Of a DNA stretch of 64,000 nt, positions 19,446 through 28,306 are shown piece after piece (the first letter of the stretch is position 1; every line of letters begins with the position of its first letter). Below the pieces are notes generated by a model. The model saw only the letters and a program-made list of their open reading frames with translations. It had not been told where the DNA came from and searched no databases. The DNA is taken from assembly GCA_964655705.1 (NCBI GenBank), contig CAZZPP010000001.1:90534-154533 (forward strand), read 5' to 3'. A program made the translations under genes and the position numbers. Origin of the DNA: an uncultured Candidatus Saccharibacteria bacterium. GTDB lineage: Bacteria; Patescibacteriota; Dojkabacteria; SC72.

Positions 19446-20774
19446 ATGGGCAAAAATAACATATTCTCATTTGTATTAGGTATGGTGATTACAGTAGTAT
19501 TAATGTTACTGCTCTACCCGTTTAAAAGGGATTCCTTAACAGAAGAAACAGGAGATGTTCAAGGTCTCTATGATAGACTACTAAGTTTGGAGTATGTGAA
19601 AGATGTCTCAAATGATGTTGAATTAATATGGAATGAAGTAGTCTCTTCATCAGAGTGGGTTCCCAGTGGTACTGTTACTACAAGTGATGTATTAGAGGGT
19701 AAAACTTTTTACAACAATTCTAGAGATATTCAAACAGGTACATATGTTCCAAAGGAGTTTGAATTTTTAGGTGATGCTTTACAAAATGATGTATTAGAGG
19801 GGAAACTGTTTTACTCTGAGGATGGTGAACTTTTAGCAGGTACTCTTAAACTACCTACTATACCCACATTAACATACAGCGGGAATGCAAGTACTAGTGA
19901 TGTACTAGCAGGTAAGACATTTTACTCTAATTCAGGGACATTAAAAACAGGAACATATACTCCCCCAGTAGTATCATATTTAGGTGATGCACTAGTAACA
20001 GATGTAATGAGTGGTAAGAAGTTCTATTCTAACTCAGGAACACTACTAACAGGGACATGGTCATTTCTAGGAGATGCAGGAGTAGATGAGGTATTAAGTG
20101 GTAAGAAGTTTTACTCTGACTCAGGTACTCTATTAACAGGTACATATACACCTCCAACACCAATAGATTTTACAAATATGCAATACAGTACATATGATGA
20201 TTATGCAGGTATTGACTATCTAGGATATGGAGGAACATTAACAGAGGATTACAAGGGAGAAGAATCAGAGTGGACAAAGATATCAGACAATATATGGAAG
20301 GATGAAAGAGCTGGGATATATTGGAGTAGTGATCAAACTAATACTATGTTAGCACAAGTTCCTTCAATACCTAATACAAACATATTTACCGCAATGTCTC
20401 TCGGCACTTGTGATTACTTTAACTCAGTACCCAGAAGTTCATATGATGGTACAGATGCTGATTGTGGTAATGCAATAAACTGGTGTGCGACATTAGAATT
20501 AGATGGTAGAAGTAATTGGTACTTACCTTCACAAAAAGAATTGATGTTAGCATACATAGATGGAATGTATAACCAAGCAGGAGAGACATTAGCAGATGCA
20601 GCATCATTTACAGTAGGAGATGGTAGTTCAATACACTATGGGTTTTATTGGTCTAGCTCGGAGGTCTCCGGCAATTCAGCGGACGCATGGGTCGTGAACC
20701 TCGGCGGTGGGTATCCCAACGTCAACTCTAAGACGACTACGGGCCGCGGTGTTCGTTGTGTGTCCCGGGACTAG
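19446..20774 (+). CDS. Membrane-anchored surface protein: five GDA-x-DVLxGKxFY repeats plus C-terminal C-type-lectin-fold (DUF1566/Lcl-like) domain; DGR target
   Basis: N-terminal TM; KDERAGIYW, AINWC..L..WYLPSQKEL, YWSSSE..AWVVNL..VRCV. Confidence 0.85.
   Translation: MGKNNIFSFVLGMVITVVLMLLLYPFKRDSLTEETGDVQGLYDRLLSLEYVKDVSNDVELIWNEVVSSSEWVPSGTVTTSDVLEGKTFYNNSRDIQTGTYVPKEFEFLGDALQNDVLEGKLFYSEDGELLAGTLKLPTIPTLTYSGNASTSDVLAGKTFYSNSGTLKTGTYTPPVVSYLGDALVTDVMSGKKFYSNSGTLLTGTWSFLGDAGVDEVLSGKKFYSDSGTLLTGTYTPPTPIDFTNMQYSTYDDYAGIDYLGYGGTLTEDYKGEESEWTKISDNIWKDERAGIYWSSDQTNTMLAQVPSIPNTNIFTAMSLGTCDYFNSVPRSSYDGTDADCGNAINWCATLELDGRSNWYLPSQKELMLAYIDGMYNQAGETLADAASFTVGDGSSIHYGFYWSSSEVSGNSADAWVVNLGGGYPNVNSKTTTGRGVRCVSRD
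19668..20160 (+). repeat. Five tandem ~29-37 aa protein repeats (GDA..DVLxGKxFYSxSGTLxTGT)
   Basis: Visible in protein and DNA, e.g. GGTAAGAAGTT(C/T)TA(T/C)TCT(A/G)ACTCAGG recurs. Confidence 0.85.
20646..20774 (+). other. DGR variable repeat (VR) candidate
   Basis: About 60% GC by hand count (77/129), far above the AT-rich gene body; NNC/NNT codons at positions that would be AAC/AAT in a template. Confidence 0.8.
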
Positions 20775-20810
20775 TGTTTAGAATTTGGTAATTTAGTAAT
20801 TTTTTAATTT

Positions 20811-20833
20811 ACCCATCCACAAAGTGGATGGGT
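20811..20833. promoter_or_regulatory. Perfect hairpin downstream of VR (DGR cis hairpin/cruciform candidate)
   Basis: ACCCATCCAC-AAA-GTGGATGGGT: 10-bp stem, 3-nt loop, no U-tract on + strand. Confidence 0.7.
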
Positions 20834-21048
20834 TGCATTAGAAGTATATTGAATTATAGGGGAATAATATTAATATCTCTGTCCCACCTTATAGTCTTTC
20901 TCTCTGTATTACTTTTTTACTTTGTATTCACAATATAGTATGTATTACTAAGTATATATATTTTAGTCATAATCATTATTTTCTGTACATATAACATACA
21001 TATGTCTTAGCATATACATGCATACTTAAATTGTCATCCATATTTAAT

Positions 21049-21420
21049 ATGACAAACAAGAAGATGTTTGCATTTGTAGCAATATTTGTTTCAGTATTAG
21101 GATTTGCATTTGTAGGGGCACTTAAACCTGTAATTATTGACTATTCCATTAGGCAGTACACTACACAATCATTCTTTAATGTTAAGGATGAGGAGATACA
21201 GTTAAAAACATTACATTACAATTCAGTTGATCAATCTAGTAAAATGATTAATATGCTAAGTGATGTATTAGGGATAGGGAAGGAGGAGATAGGTATGTCT
21301 TTAAAAGGTGGTATTAAACCAAGTGAGATATTACTTAGTAATGGGATTCTTCTTTCTGATCTAGCCCAGGAGTACTCCTTTGACATTGTAGGTAATGGAT
21401 TAGTTAGATTTAGAGCGTAA
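21049..21420 (+). CDS. Hypothetical membrane-anchored protein
   Basis: N-terminal hydrophobic segment; ATG 21049 preferred over TTG 21031. Confidence 0.55.
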   Translation: MTNKKMFAFVAIFVSVLGFAFVGALKPVIIDYSIRQYTTQSFFNVKDEEIQLKTLHYNSVDQSSKMINMLSDVLGIGKEEIGMSLKGGIKPSEILLSNGILLSDLAQEYSFDIVGNGLVRFRA

Positions 21421-21423
21421 TAC

Positions 21424-21452
21424 TTGATATTTTGACTAAAATATAGTATATT
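21424..21452 (+). promoter_or_regulatory. Putative sigma70 promoter
   Basis: TTGATA-N17-TATATT. Confidence 0.5.
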
Positions 21453-21491
21453 ATAACTAGATACAACGCCTTGCGTTTTACAACGAATTAT

Positions 21492-21515
21492 AACCGGCCA
21501 TCAAGCCGGTTTTTT
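21492..21515 (+). terminator. Terminator/attenuator hairpin
   Basis: AACCGGC-CATCAA-GCCGGTT followed by T run. Confidence 0.75.
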
Positions 21516-21525
21516 GTTCTTTAAA

Positions 21526-21681
21526 ATTTACTGCCTACTAACCTTAGTACTAGTGGATCGCTAGTACTAAGTACTAAAGAAGAGACGTTTTCTTTAGTCA
21601 AAACTGTTGGACAGTGTAAGGTGACTTCACTGCATGGAGTTATGTGTACACATAACTCCATACTCCGACAGTTGCAATAAA
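21526..21681 (+). ncRNA. Candidate structured RNA (two hairpins plus a three-way junction), family unknown
   Basis: Five stems including a GUGA tetraloop and a perfect 28-nt palindrome; non-WC pairs in the inner stems are G-U on the + strand. Confidence 0.5.
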
Positions 21682-21730
21682 TATTCATTTCTGAAAAAAT
21701 AGGGGGTATTTAAATTAACTTTCAATATTA

Positions 21731-21934
21731 ATGAAAGTATCAATAGACCATTCTAAATGCGTTGCTTGTGGTTCATGTGTTGCAGTATGTCCAGAGGTAT
21801 TTGAAATGAAAGATGATGGGACAGTAGATGTTAAGCAGGAATTTAAGGGTAAAGATATCTCAAGGGAGTTAGAGAGTAAAGTGAAAGAGGCACATGATAT
21901 GTGTCCTTCTTTTGCAATTGTAATTGAGGAGTAA
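21731..21934 (+). CDS. Monocluster [4Fe-4S] ferredoxin
   Basis: CVACGSC..CPEVF..CP. Confidence 0.9.
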   Translation: MKVSIDHSKCVACGSCVAVCPEVFEMKDDGTVDVKQEFKGKDISRELESKVKEAHDMCPSFAIVIEE

Positions 21935-21939
21935 ATATC

Positions 21940-22521
21940 ATGGATGAAAAGATATTATGTATAAAGGGGGAGATCCTTTTTAAGGATGAAAAATGGAATG
22001 GGTTAATGACCTCTGATAAAGAGAAATATCTTTCTTTACTAAAAGAAGAGGGTGAATTTAGAGTAAGAAAGGATTTAGAATCGGACCCTGAATACAAGCA
22101 AGTTATCGCTCAAGTAATTCTTAGATACAAAGATAAATATTTTCTACATAGACAGGTTAAAAAGAATGAAGATAGATTAAACTCTCTTTGTCCTTTACCA
22201 TTAGGTGGGCATATTGAAGAGATTGATTTAGGCAAAGACAATAATATTTTAGAAACAGCGCTGGAAAGAGAGTTGCATGAAGAGGTGGTACTTGGAAGTA
22301 AAATACTTAAAAGAACATATCTAGGGTTAATATATATTGAAGATGAAAATCCTGTTAATTCTGTTCATGTGGGTTTTGTATACGTATTTGATTTAGATGG
22401 AGTGGATGTACATGTGAATGAGCAAGGGTTAGAGGATATTGGGTTTGTAAGTTTAGATTACTTAAAAACTAATACGGAGAAGTTAACGTATTGGAGTAGA
22501 ATAATAATTTATCATTTATAG
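21940..22521 (+). CDS. NUDIX-family phosphoesterase
   Basis: LESDPEYKQVI, GGHIE..ALERELHEEV. Confidence 0.85.
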   Translation: MDEKILCIKGEILFKDEKWNGLMTSDKEKYLSLLKEEGEFRVRKDLESDPEYKQVIAQVILRYKDKYFLHRQVKKNEDRLNSLCPLPLGGHIEEIDLGKDNNILETALERELHEEVVLGSKILKRTYLGLIYIEDENPVNSVHVGFVYVFDLDGVDVHVNEQGLEDIGFVSLDYLKTNTEKLTYWSRIIIYHL

Positions 22522-22525
22522 AGAT

Positions 22526-22939
22526 ATGGATGATTGTATATTTTGTAAGATTGTAAAAGGAGATATTCCCTTTTACAAGATATATGAGGATGATGCTGTA
22601 CTAGCTTTTCTAGATATTAATCCTTTGAGTAAAGGACATAGTATAGTTATTCCGAAAGAGCATTATGAAAATATATTAGATATACCAGAAGATTTGTATT
22701 TGAAGATGGGTAAGGTTGCAAAAAAAGTGTCTCAGGTACTAAATGATAAATATCATCCAGAGGGAATTCTAATCAATCAGAATAACGGAAAGAGAGCAGG
22801 CCAGGAGATATTTCATATACATATACATATTAAACCAATATACGAGGATACTACAGTATTTGATGAGACTAATCATAGGAGGAAACCTTCAAAGGAAGAG
22901 ATGGAACTATTAAGAGAAGATCTTGCTAAGGAGTTTTAA
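22526..22939 (+). CDS. HIT-family hydrolase
   Basis: DCIFCKI, AFLDINP, AGQEIFHIHIH. Confidence 0.92.
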   Translation: MDDCIFCKIVKGDIPFYKIYEDDAVLAFLDINPLSKGHSIVIPKEHYENILDIPEDLYLKMGKVAKKVSQVLNDKYHPEGILINQNNGKRAGQEIFHIHIHIKPIYEDTTVFDETNHRRKPSKEEMELLREDLAKEF

Positions 22940-23779
22940 TTAGTTATTAAAGAATTCTAATATATCTTCCATATACTCTGTATCAATATCAAAATGGCCT
23001 TTGCCATCTAAGGTAACAAAGTCTATGTATACACCATACCCTTCTAACTTTTTAACAAAAGATACAGAGTAGGAGTAAGGAACATTTACATCCTTATTCC
23101 CATGCCAAAGTTTAATATTCATACTCTTTAATTTACTGGCTCTCTGCTGATTCCACTCTGCAGATTTAGTAGTAGGAGCAAGTAATGCAATCTTGTCTAT
23201 ATTCTCAGGATAAGTGGTAGCAAAGTTTAAGGTAGGTAATCCTCCCATACTATATCCAATTAGATATATCTTAGGTTGTATTTTGTATCTCTCTTCTATC
23301 CATTTTTGAAGATTAAGGGTATCTTGTATGGAAGCAGTATTCCCCCAGTTAACACCGTGTTGATTAGAGGCAGAGAATATGTAGTTGTTTAGAGTTAGAG
23401 ATATCCCATATTCCTGTAAATCTTTCATAAATTGCTCTTCCATATTCTGGGTAACAGTTGTATTAGAGCCATGACTATATATTACTAATGTCGGGGGGTT
23501 CTTCTCATTCATGTTTGTTGGTACTACAATATATGCTTGTTGCTCCTCTATTAATGGTAATAACTCTTCAAAGTGAGGACCCTGAGGAAGTATCTCTTCC
23601 TCTTGGATATCTTCATTCTCGCTTTCTTGTATTACTTCTTCTTTTGGAAAATCTTCATCCTGGTGTTTTTTGAAAGGGTTAAAAAATACAATGTAGGTAC
23701 ATATCCCTATGGCTAGTAATATCAAAGGGAGTATGATATTTAACTTCTTTTTTTTCCTTCTTCTTACAGATATATCCAT
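22940..23779 (-). CDS. Membrane-anchored alpha/beta hydrolase
   Basis: TM; YSHG, GYSMGG nucleophile, HGNKDVNVP, GH. Confidence 0.85.
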   Translation of the reverse strand: MDISVRRRKKKKLNIILPLILLAIGICTYIVFFNPFKKHQDEDFPKEEVIQESENEDIQEEEILPQGPHFEELLPLIEEQQAYIVVPTNMNEKNPPTLVIYSHGSNTTVTQNMEEQFMKDLQEYGISLTLNNYIFSASNQHGVNWGNTASIQDTLNLQKWIEERYKIQPKIYLIGYSMGGLPTLNFATTYPENIDKIALLAPTTKSAEWNQQRASKLKSMNIKLWHGNKDVNVPYSYSVSFVKKLEGYGVYIDFVTLDGKGHFDIDTEYMEDILEFFNN

Positions 23780-23863
23780 ACCTTGATTCTATCATTTCAT
23801 TGAGTTTAGTAAAAACAGTATTCATATTTTAGTATATTCTCTTTTCTGCTATTATGTTTCAAG

Positions 23864-26194
23864 ATGAAGAGGAGGAAAAGTAAAAACAGAATTAAATATA
23901 CAATATTGTTTCTTTTAGGTTGCACACTTTTCTTTCTCACCTCATATCTCTTTTTGAAAAATCTCCAATACCAGAAGATCTTAACTCAAAAGCCATGGGA
24001 TATTCAGGTTGTTAATATCACTACATCTGATATATGGGTATACTGGAAGAGTTCCAGTGATTCTATTCAGAATATTGTTTACAGAGAGGATACTGATGAT
24101 TCTACTGAATATATTGAGGTTAAAAACCTCGAGTATCATACAGACTATATAAATGAGAGTAGGGTATTTTCTACACATATTCAGGATCTAAAACCAGATA
24201 CTAAATACCTATTCAAAATATTGTCTAAGGAGTATGAATGGGATCAAGAGATATCATTTAAGACAAAGGAGGTTACACAAGAGGTCCCATATCCTGAGAT
24301 ACTTACAGGAAAGGCTAATGACAAGAGTTTAATACTGGTAGAGATGCCAGATGAGAAGTTAATGGTGGATACACAGTACCATGGTACCTATGCATTTGAT
24401 TCAAAGGGTAAAGAGTTTACTGTTTCAGAGTATTCTAGATATATTACTGGGGAGGAGTTGGGAGAGAGATTGTCTAAGTTAATATCTCCTAAGGTATATG
24501 CAGCTAGTGGTGCTAATTGTAAAACCAATATTACCATTAGTAGTGTTACATATCCTCCCACTAAAGCAAAAACAATTGACATTCTTAATCGGTGGGTTGC
24601 TGGTTGTCCTATGGGGGGATATCCTGAAACCTGCTATGAGGATGTATATTGTAGATCTTTGAAGTATGGTATTAATCCTGCTTTTGCTATGGCCATATGG
24701 TCTCATGAATCAGGTGGAAGTAACTATGCATATATTAGTGGGGTTGAGGATTTCGGTATTCATGGGCATCCTGATGTTGGGGTTGCTAACTTTGAGAAAC
24801 AGATTGAATATTTCTTACAATATATCGCAGTACCTTCATATATTAGTAGCTGTCAATGGAGTTTAGAGTTTGAACAAGAGTACAGCCCTACTCTTCCTAA
24901 GGAGATGATTATGTGGGCGGCTAGATATTACAAAGGGCAGTGTAGTGATCCTGTAAATCTGAGTCATGGGTATGAATATATTTCGGAGATAAATAGGGTG
25001 TATGGTTGGTATACAAACTCGACATTGACTTGGCCTTTTACAGTATCTAGAAATAGCTCTGTTTGTGATTACTCCTCTTCATTTATCAATACCGCTTACA
25101 ATACTTGTACTTCAAAAGGGGAGCCTACTGATGATCCACCCGAAGATCCTCCAACAGAACCAACTGTAGATGACGGCCAAAAGAAATGGCTTCCCATTAC
25201 TGGTATAGATAATGAGGGAAAGAGAATCTCGCCAGAGGTTGACAGGGAGTGTGAATATTCTGCTGGTTGTATATGTATATGGAATTACAATATTAAGCCA
25301 GGTGAGAGTACCAAGGAGGCTAGTAAAGGATATGTATGTACAGTATCAGGAGAGGTCGTAAGTGCTCCTACACCTAAGTGTGGTACAAGAGCAACTACAT
25401 ATTCAGATTCAACTTCTACTTGGCCATCTGGTTCTACTCTTTGTGAGATTGGTACTGCCCAACCTTCTACCGTTGATTTCCCTTCAGTTGGAAACGATTC
25501 CTCTTGGGAGTGTGTTAGTGGAAGTAAGTCTCAAGATTGTAAGGCTAGGGTATCTGCATTACCTCTTGTATGTTGTTTTAGTAATCAAACAGTATCGTGG
25601 ATTGATTCTAGGGAGTGTAGTGGAGAGGTATTACAAGGTATTGAGAAATCTAAATGTGTTGTGAAGGATGGTGTAATTAATATTGTTAAAGGTACAAACT
25701 TCATCCAAGCTCTTGATGTAGTTAACTACCAGGATGTTCCCATACGTACTGCTAAGGAATTAATCGAATACTCAGCAATGAAAATTTTTGTAGTAGGAGA
25801 ATTTCTGAACAATGAGTGGATTAAGGTTGTTAAATATTCACAAGGTAGTATACATGGACAAGACTTTAATCTAGAGAGTGGGAAGGTTTACTTGGTCGTA
25901 TCTCTAGAGGATATGAAGATTTCTTTTGAGAGTATTTCGAGAATATATGTTTTGCAGGATCTCACTAAATTGGTAGGATGGAATTTAATACCTTCTTCAT
26001 ATTTCGAAGATATATCTGATGAGAGTAGGGATATTCTCTTAGAGAAAGATTTGGAATATATCTCTCAGATTGGGATATGGGATGGGGAGTTAAGTTCGTT
26101 TAACTATACTGCCAGAGATGAGGCAGGAGTAATCTATGGTGACTCATTAGATATTGATGAGCAACAGGGTGTTTTTGTTAAAATAGCAAACTAG
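23864..26194 (+). CDS. Large Cys-rich surface protein: FN3-like domain, lysozyme-like domain, Cys-rich region
   Basis: TM; IQVVNIT..HIQDLKPDTKYLFKI (FN3); YGINPAFAMAIWSHESG (lysozyme-like helix/Glu); many Cys; C-terminal GWNLIP motif. Confidence 0.65.
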   Translation: MKRRKSKNRIKYTILFLLGCTLFFLTSYLFLKNLQYQKILTQKPWDIQVVNITTSDIWVYWKSSSDSIQNIVYREDTDDSTEYIEVKNLEYHTDYINESRVFSTHIQDLKPDTKYLFKILSKEYEWDQEISFKTKEVTQEVPYPEILTGKANDKSLILVEMPDEKLMVDTQYHGTYAFDSKGKEFTVSEYSRYITGEELGERLSKLISPKVYAASGANCKTNITISSVTYPPTKAKTIDILNRWVAGCPMGGYPETCYEDVYCRSLKYGINPAFAMAIWSHESGGSNYAYISGVEDFGIHGHPDVGVANFEKQIEYFLQYIAVPSYISSCQWSLEFEQEYSPTLPKEMIMWAARYYKGQCSDPVNLSHGYEYISEINRVYGWYTNSTLTWPFTVSRNSSVCDYSSSFINTAYNTCTSKGEPTDDPPEDPPTEPTVDDGQKKWLPITGIDNEGKRISPEVDRECEYSAGCICIWNYNIKPGESTKEASKGYVCTVSGEVVSAPTPKCGTRATTYSDSTSTWPSGSTLCEIGTAQPSTVDFPSVGNDSSWECVSGSKSQDCKARVSALPLVCCFSNQTVSWIDSRECSGEVLQGIEKSKCVVKDGVINIVKGTNFIQALDVVNYQDVPIRTAKELIEYSAMKIFVVGEFLNNEWIKVVKYSQGSIHGQDFNLESGKVYLVVSLEDMKISFESISRIYVLQDLTKLVGWNLIPSSYFEDISDESRDILLEKDLEYISQIGIWDGELSSFNYTARDEAGVIYGDSLDIDEQQGVFVKIAN

Positions 26195-26275
26195 TAGTTA
26201 GTTGACATATTGGGGTATATAAAATATGATTACCCCTATATACTGCTCATAATTAATATTTAATATTCGTTTATT

Positions 26276-27040
26276 ATGCCAAAGGCAAAGAAGGTAGAAA
26301 AGAGTGATGAGATTGTAGTTAACCTTGATACAGTAATAATTCCAGCATCAATAGTATTGGCAGGAATAATCATTGCCCTATCAATATTTTTTACTAACAA
26401 AGGTAATGATAATACCACTTCTGATGATCAAACTCAGGGAATTCAAGAGGAAGATTCAGGTGTAGCACAAGACGAGTTTCCAGATGCTAATACAGTTATA
26501 GGGGATAGTCCCTATCTAGGTGATATTAAGAAGGCTAAGGTAGCCATAGTTGAGTATACAGATTTCCAGTGTCCTTACTGTCAAAGACATGCAACAGATA
26601 CCAAACCAAGTATTATTGCAGATTATGTAGATACAGGTAAGATTATATATGTAGTTAGAAACTTCCCATTAGATTTCCATGGAGAGATTGCAATACAGAG
26701 TGCTAATGCAGGACTTTGTGTTAATGAGTTAGCGGGAGCAAAGAAGTATTTTGAATTTTACAACCAGGGCTTTGTCAAAACATCTGTTGAAGAGTTAGCA
26801 GCAGTTGCTCAAGCATTGGGAGTAAATATGGATAAATACAATACATGTATGAGTGAGAATAGATACAAAGGGCAAATAGACAAAGATTTCGCAGATGGTC
26901 AAGCAGCAGGGGTACAGGGTACTCCAGGATTTGTAATTGGAGTATTGGATAAGGATGGTAATGTAGAGGGTAAATTAATAGCTGGTGCTTATCCATATGA
27001 GTCATTCAAAGTTCTCATTGATGAGATGTTAGGGAAGTAG
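26276..27040 (+). CDS. DsbA-family thiol-disulfide oxidoreductase (membrane anchored)
   Basis: EYTDFQCPYC, GVQGTPGF cis-Pro loop, GAYP. Confidence 0.92.
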   Translation: MPKAKKVEKSDEIVVNLDTVIIPASIVLAGIIIALSIFFTNKGNDNTTSDDQTQGIQEEDSGVAQDEFPDANTVIGDSPYLGDIKKAKVAIVEYTDFQCPYCQRHATDTKPSIIADYVDTGKIIYVVRNFPLDFHGEIAIQSANAGLCVNELAGAKKYFEFYNQGFVKTSVEELAAVAQALGVNMDKYNTCMSENRYKGQIDKDFADGQAAGVQGTPGFVIGVLDKDGNVEGKLIAGAYPYESFKVLIDEMLGK

Positions 27041-27061
27041 GTTAGTTATTTTTTGATAATT

Positions 27062-27087
27062 AAAAGGGAGGATATCCTCCCTTTTTT
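27062..27087. terminator. Bidirectional terminator
   Basis: AAAAGGGAGGATATCCTCCCTTTT palindrome between convergent genes. Confidence 0.8.
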
Positions 27088-27088
27088 C

Positions 27089-28213
27089 TTAATTCTTTTT
27101 AATTGATTTCTTCTTACCTATCTCTTTAGATTTTGCAAATCCATCATACTTCATTCTAATTACTGAACCTATGGTTATTGCTATTAGGGAGATACTATAC
27201 AGTCCTCTAACTATTGGTATTAATTTTAATATTACAGATATACTTCGGCCAATTAGAAGAGAGATAAATCTCCCATAATCTCTCTGTTTAGTTAACTGTA
27301 ATATTTTGTGTCCTATGGCAGACTCTGTCCATATGATACCAAAGGTTGAGAGGAAGAGTAGGATACCTATCACTAAGAATGCCAATGGTACTCCTATTAA
27401 CGTAAGTAGTAGCAAAAATATTGGTATTGGTATTGCAAATATTGTTACTATTCCTACAGCATAACTTTTTAAAAGATCTGTCCATGAGGATGTAATCTTT
27501 TTTTCTATCTTTAGTGTTTTAACAGGCGCGGAAAGTATGAGAATGGTTCCTACAATGTACATTCCTACAAAGTTGATTAATCCAAGTACTAAATTAAAAC
27601 CTAAGAAATCTTCTTTTGTTAACTTAACATCTTCATCTGTCTTGGTACTCTTAGTTCCTGCTATTAGTTCTCCTGAGATATCATTTTCATCTAATGTATA
27701 GTTGTCACTCCCTATTAGGAAATCCCCTCCTACGGATGCAGTAGAGGTTAGTTGCCCTGTTACTACTCTTATATCATCTGATATTGATCCATCTATACTT
27801 AATTGGCCTGAGGCTGATAGTATATCTCCTGTAACATTAGCATTTATATCTCCTATTATTGCTGCTAGATAGATATTGTCTCTCATGGTTCCAGATATAC
27901 TTACATTGGAGCCAAGGGCTACTGTATTTCCTGATACTATTCCTGTTACTTTTATATTAGTTCCAAAGGTATACAGGTCTCCTGTGATTGTTCCATCTAT
28001 CAATATGTTTTCTCCAATTATGATTAAATCTCCATCTACTATTCCACTTATTGTTATATTGTCTCCTGTTACATACAGGTCATCTTCTACAATAGATTCT
28101 TTATCTAGGGTATACTCTCCTGTTTCCATTTTAGCTGCATATGTAGGAGTTATTAGGAGAAAGAATAGTAAGAGGGTTGATATTAATATATTTCTTATCT
28201 TTAATTTAAACAT
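27089..28213 (-). CDS. Bactofilin-like beta-helix repeat protein with C-terminal TM domain
   Basis: Signal peptide, repeated I-x-G-x-V-x-G-D-L units, several C-terminal TMs. Confidence 0.75.
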   Translation of the reverse strand: MFKLKIRNILISTLLLFFLLITPTYAAKMETGEYTLDKESIVEDDLYVTGDNITISGIVDGDLIIIGENILIDGTITGDLYTFGTNIKVTGIVSGNTVALGSNVSISGTMRDNIYLAAIIGDINANVTGDILSASGQLSIDGSISDDIRVVTGQLTSTASVGGDFLIGSDNYTLDENDISGELIAGTKSTKTDEDVKLTKEDFLGFNLVLGLINFVGMYIVGTILILSAPVKTLKIEKKITSSWTDLLKSYAVGIVTIFAIPIPIFLLLLTLIGVPLAFLVIGILLFLSTFGIIWTESAIGHKILQLTKQRDYGRFISLLIGRSISVILKLIPIVRGLYSISLIAITIGSVIRMKYDGFAKSKEIGKKKSIKKN

Positions 28214-28306
28214 TATTGTTTAACATTAAGTTATATTATTAATATATTAGCATATTGTATATCCCATTTGTTAGTCATTTCCAATTTAAGTATGTATAAT
28301 CGAATG

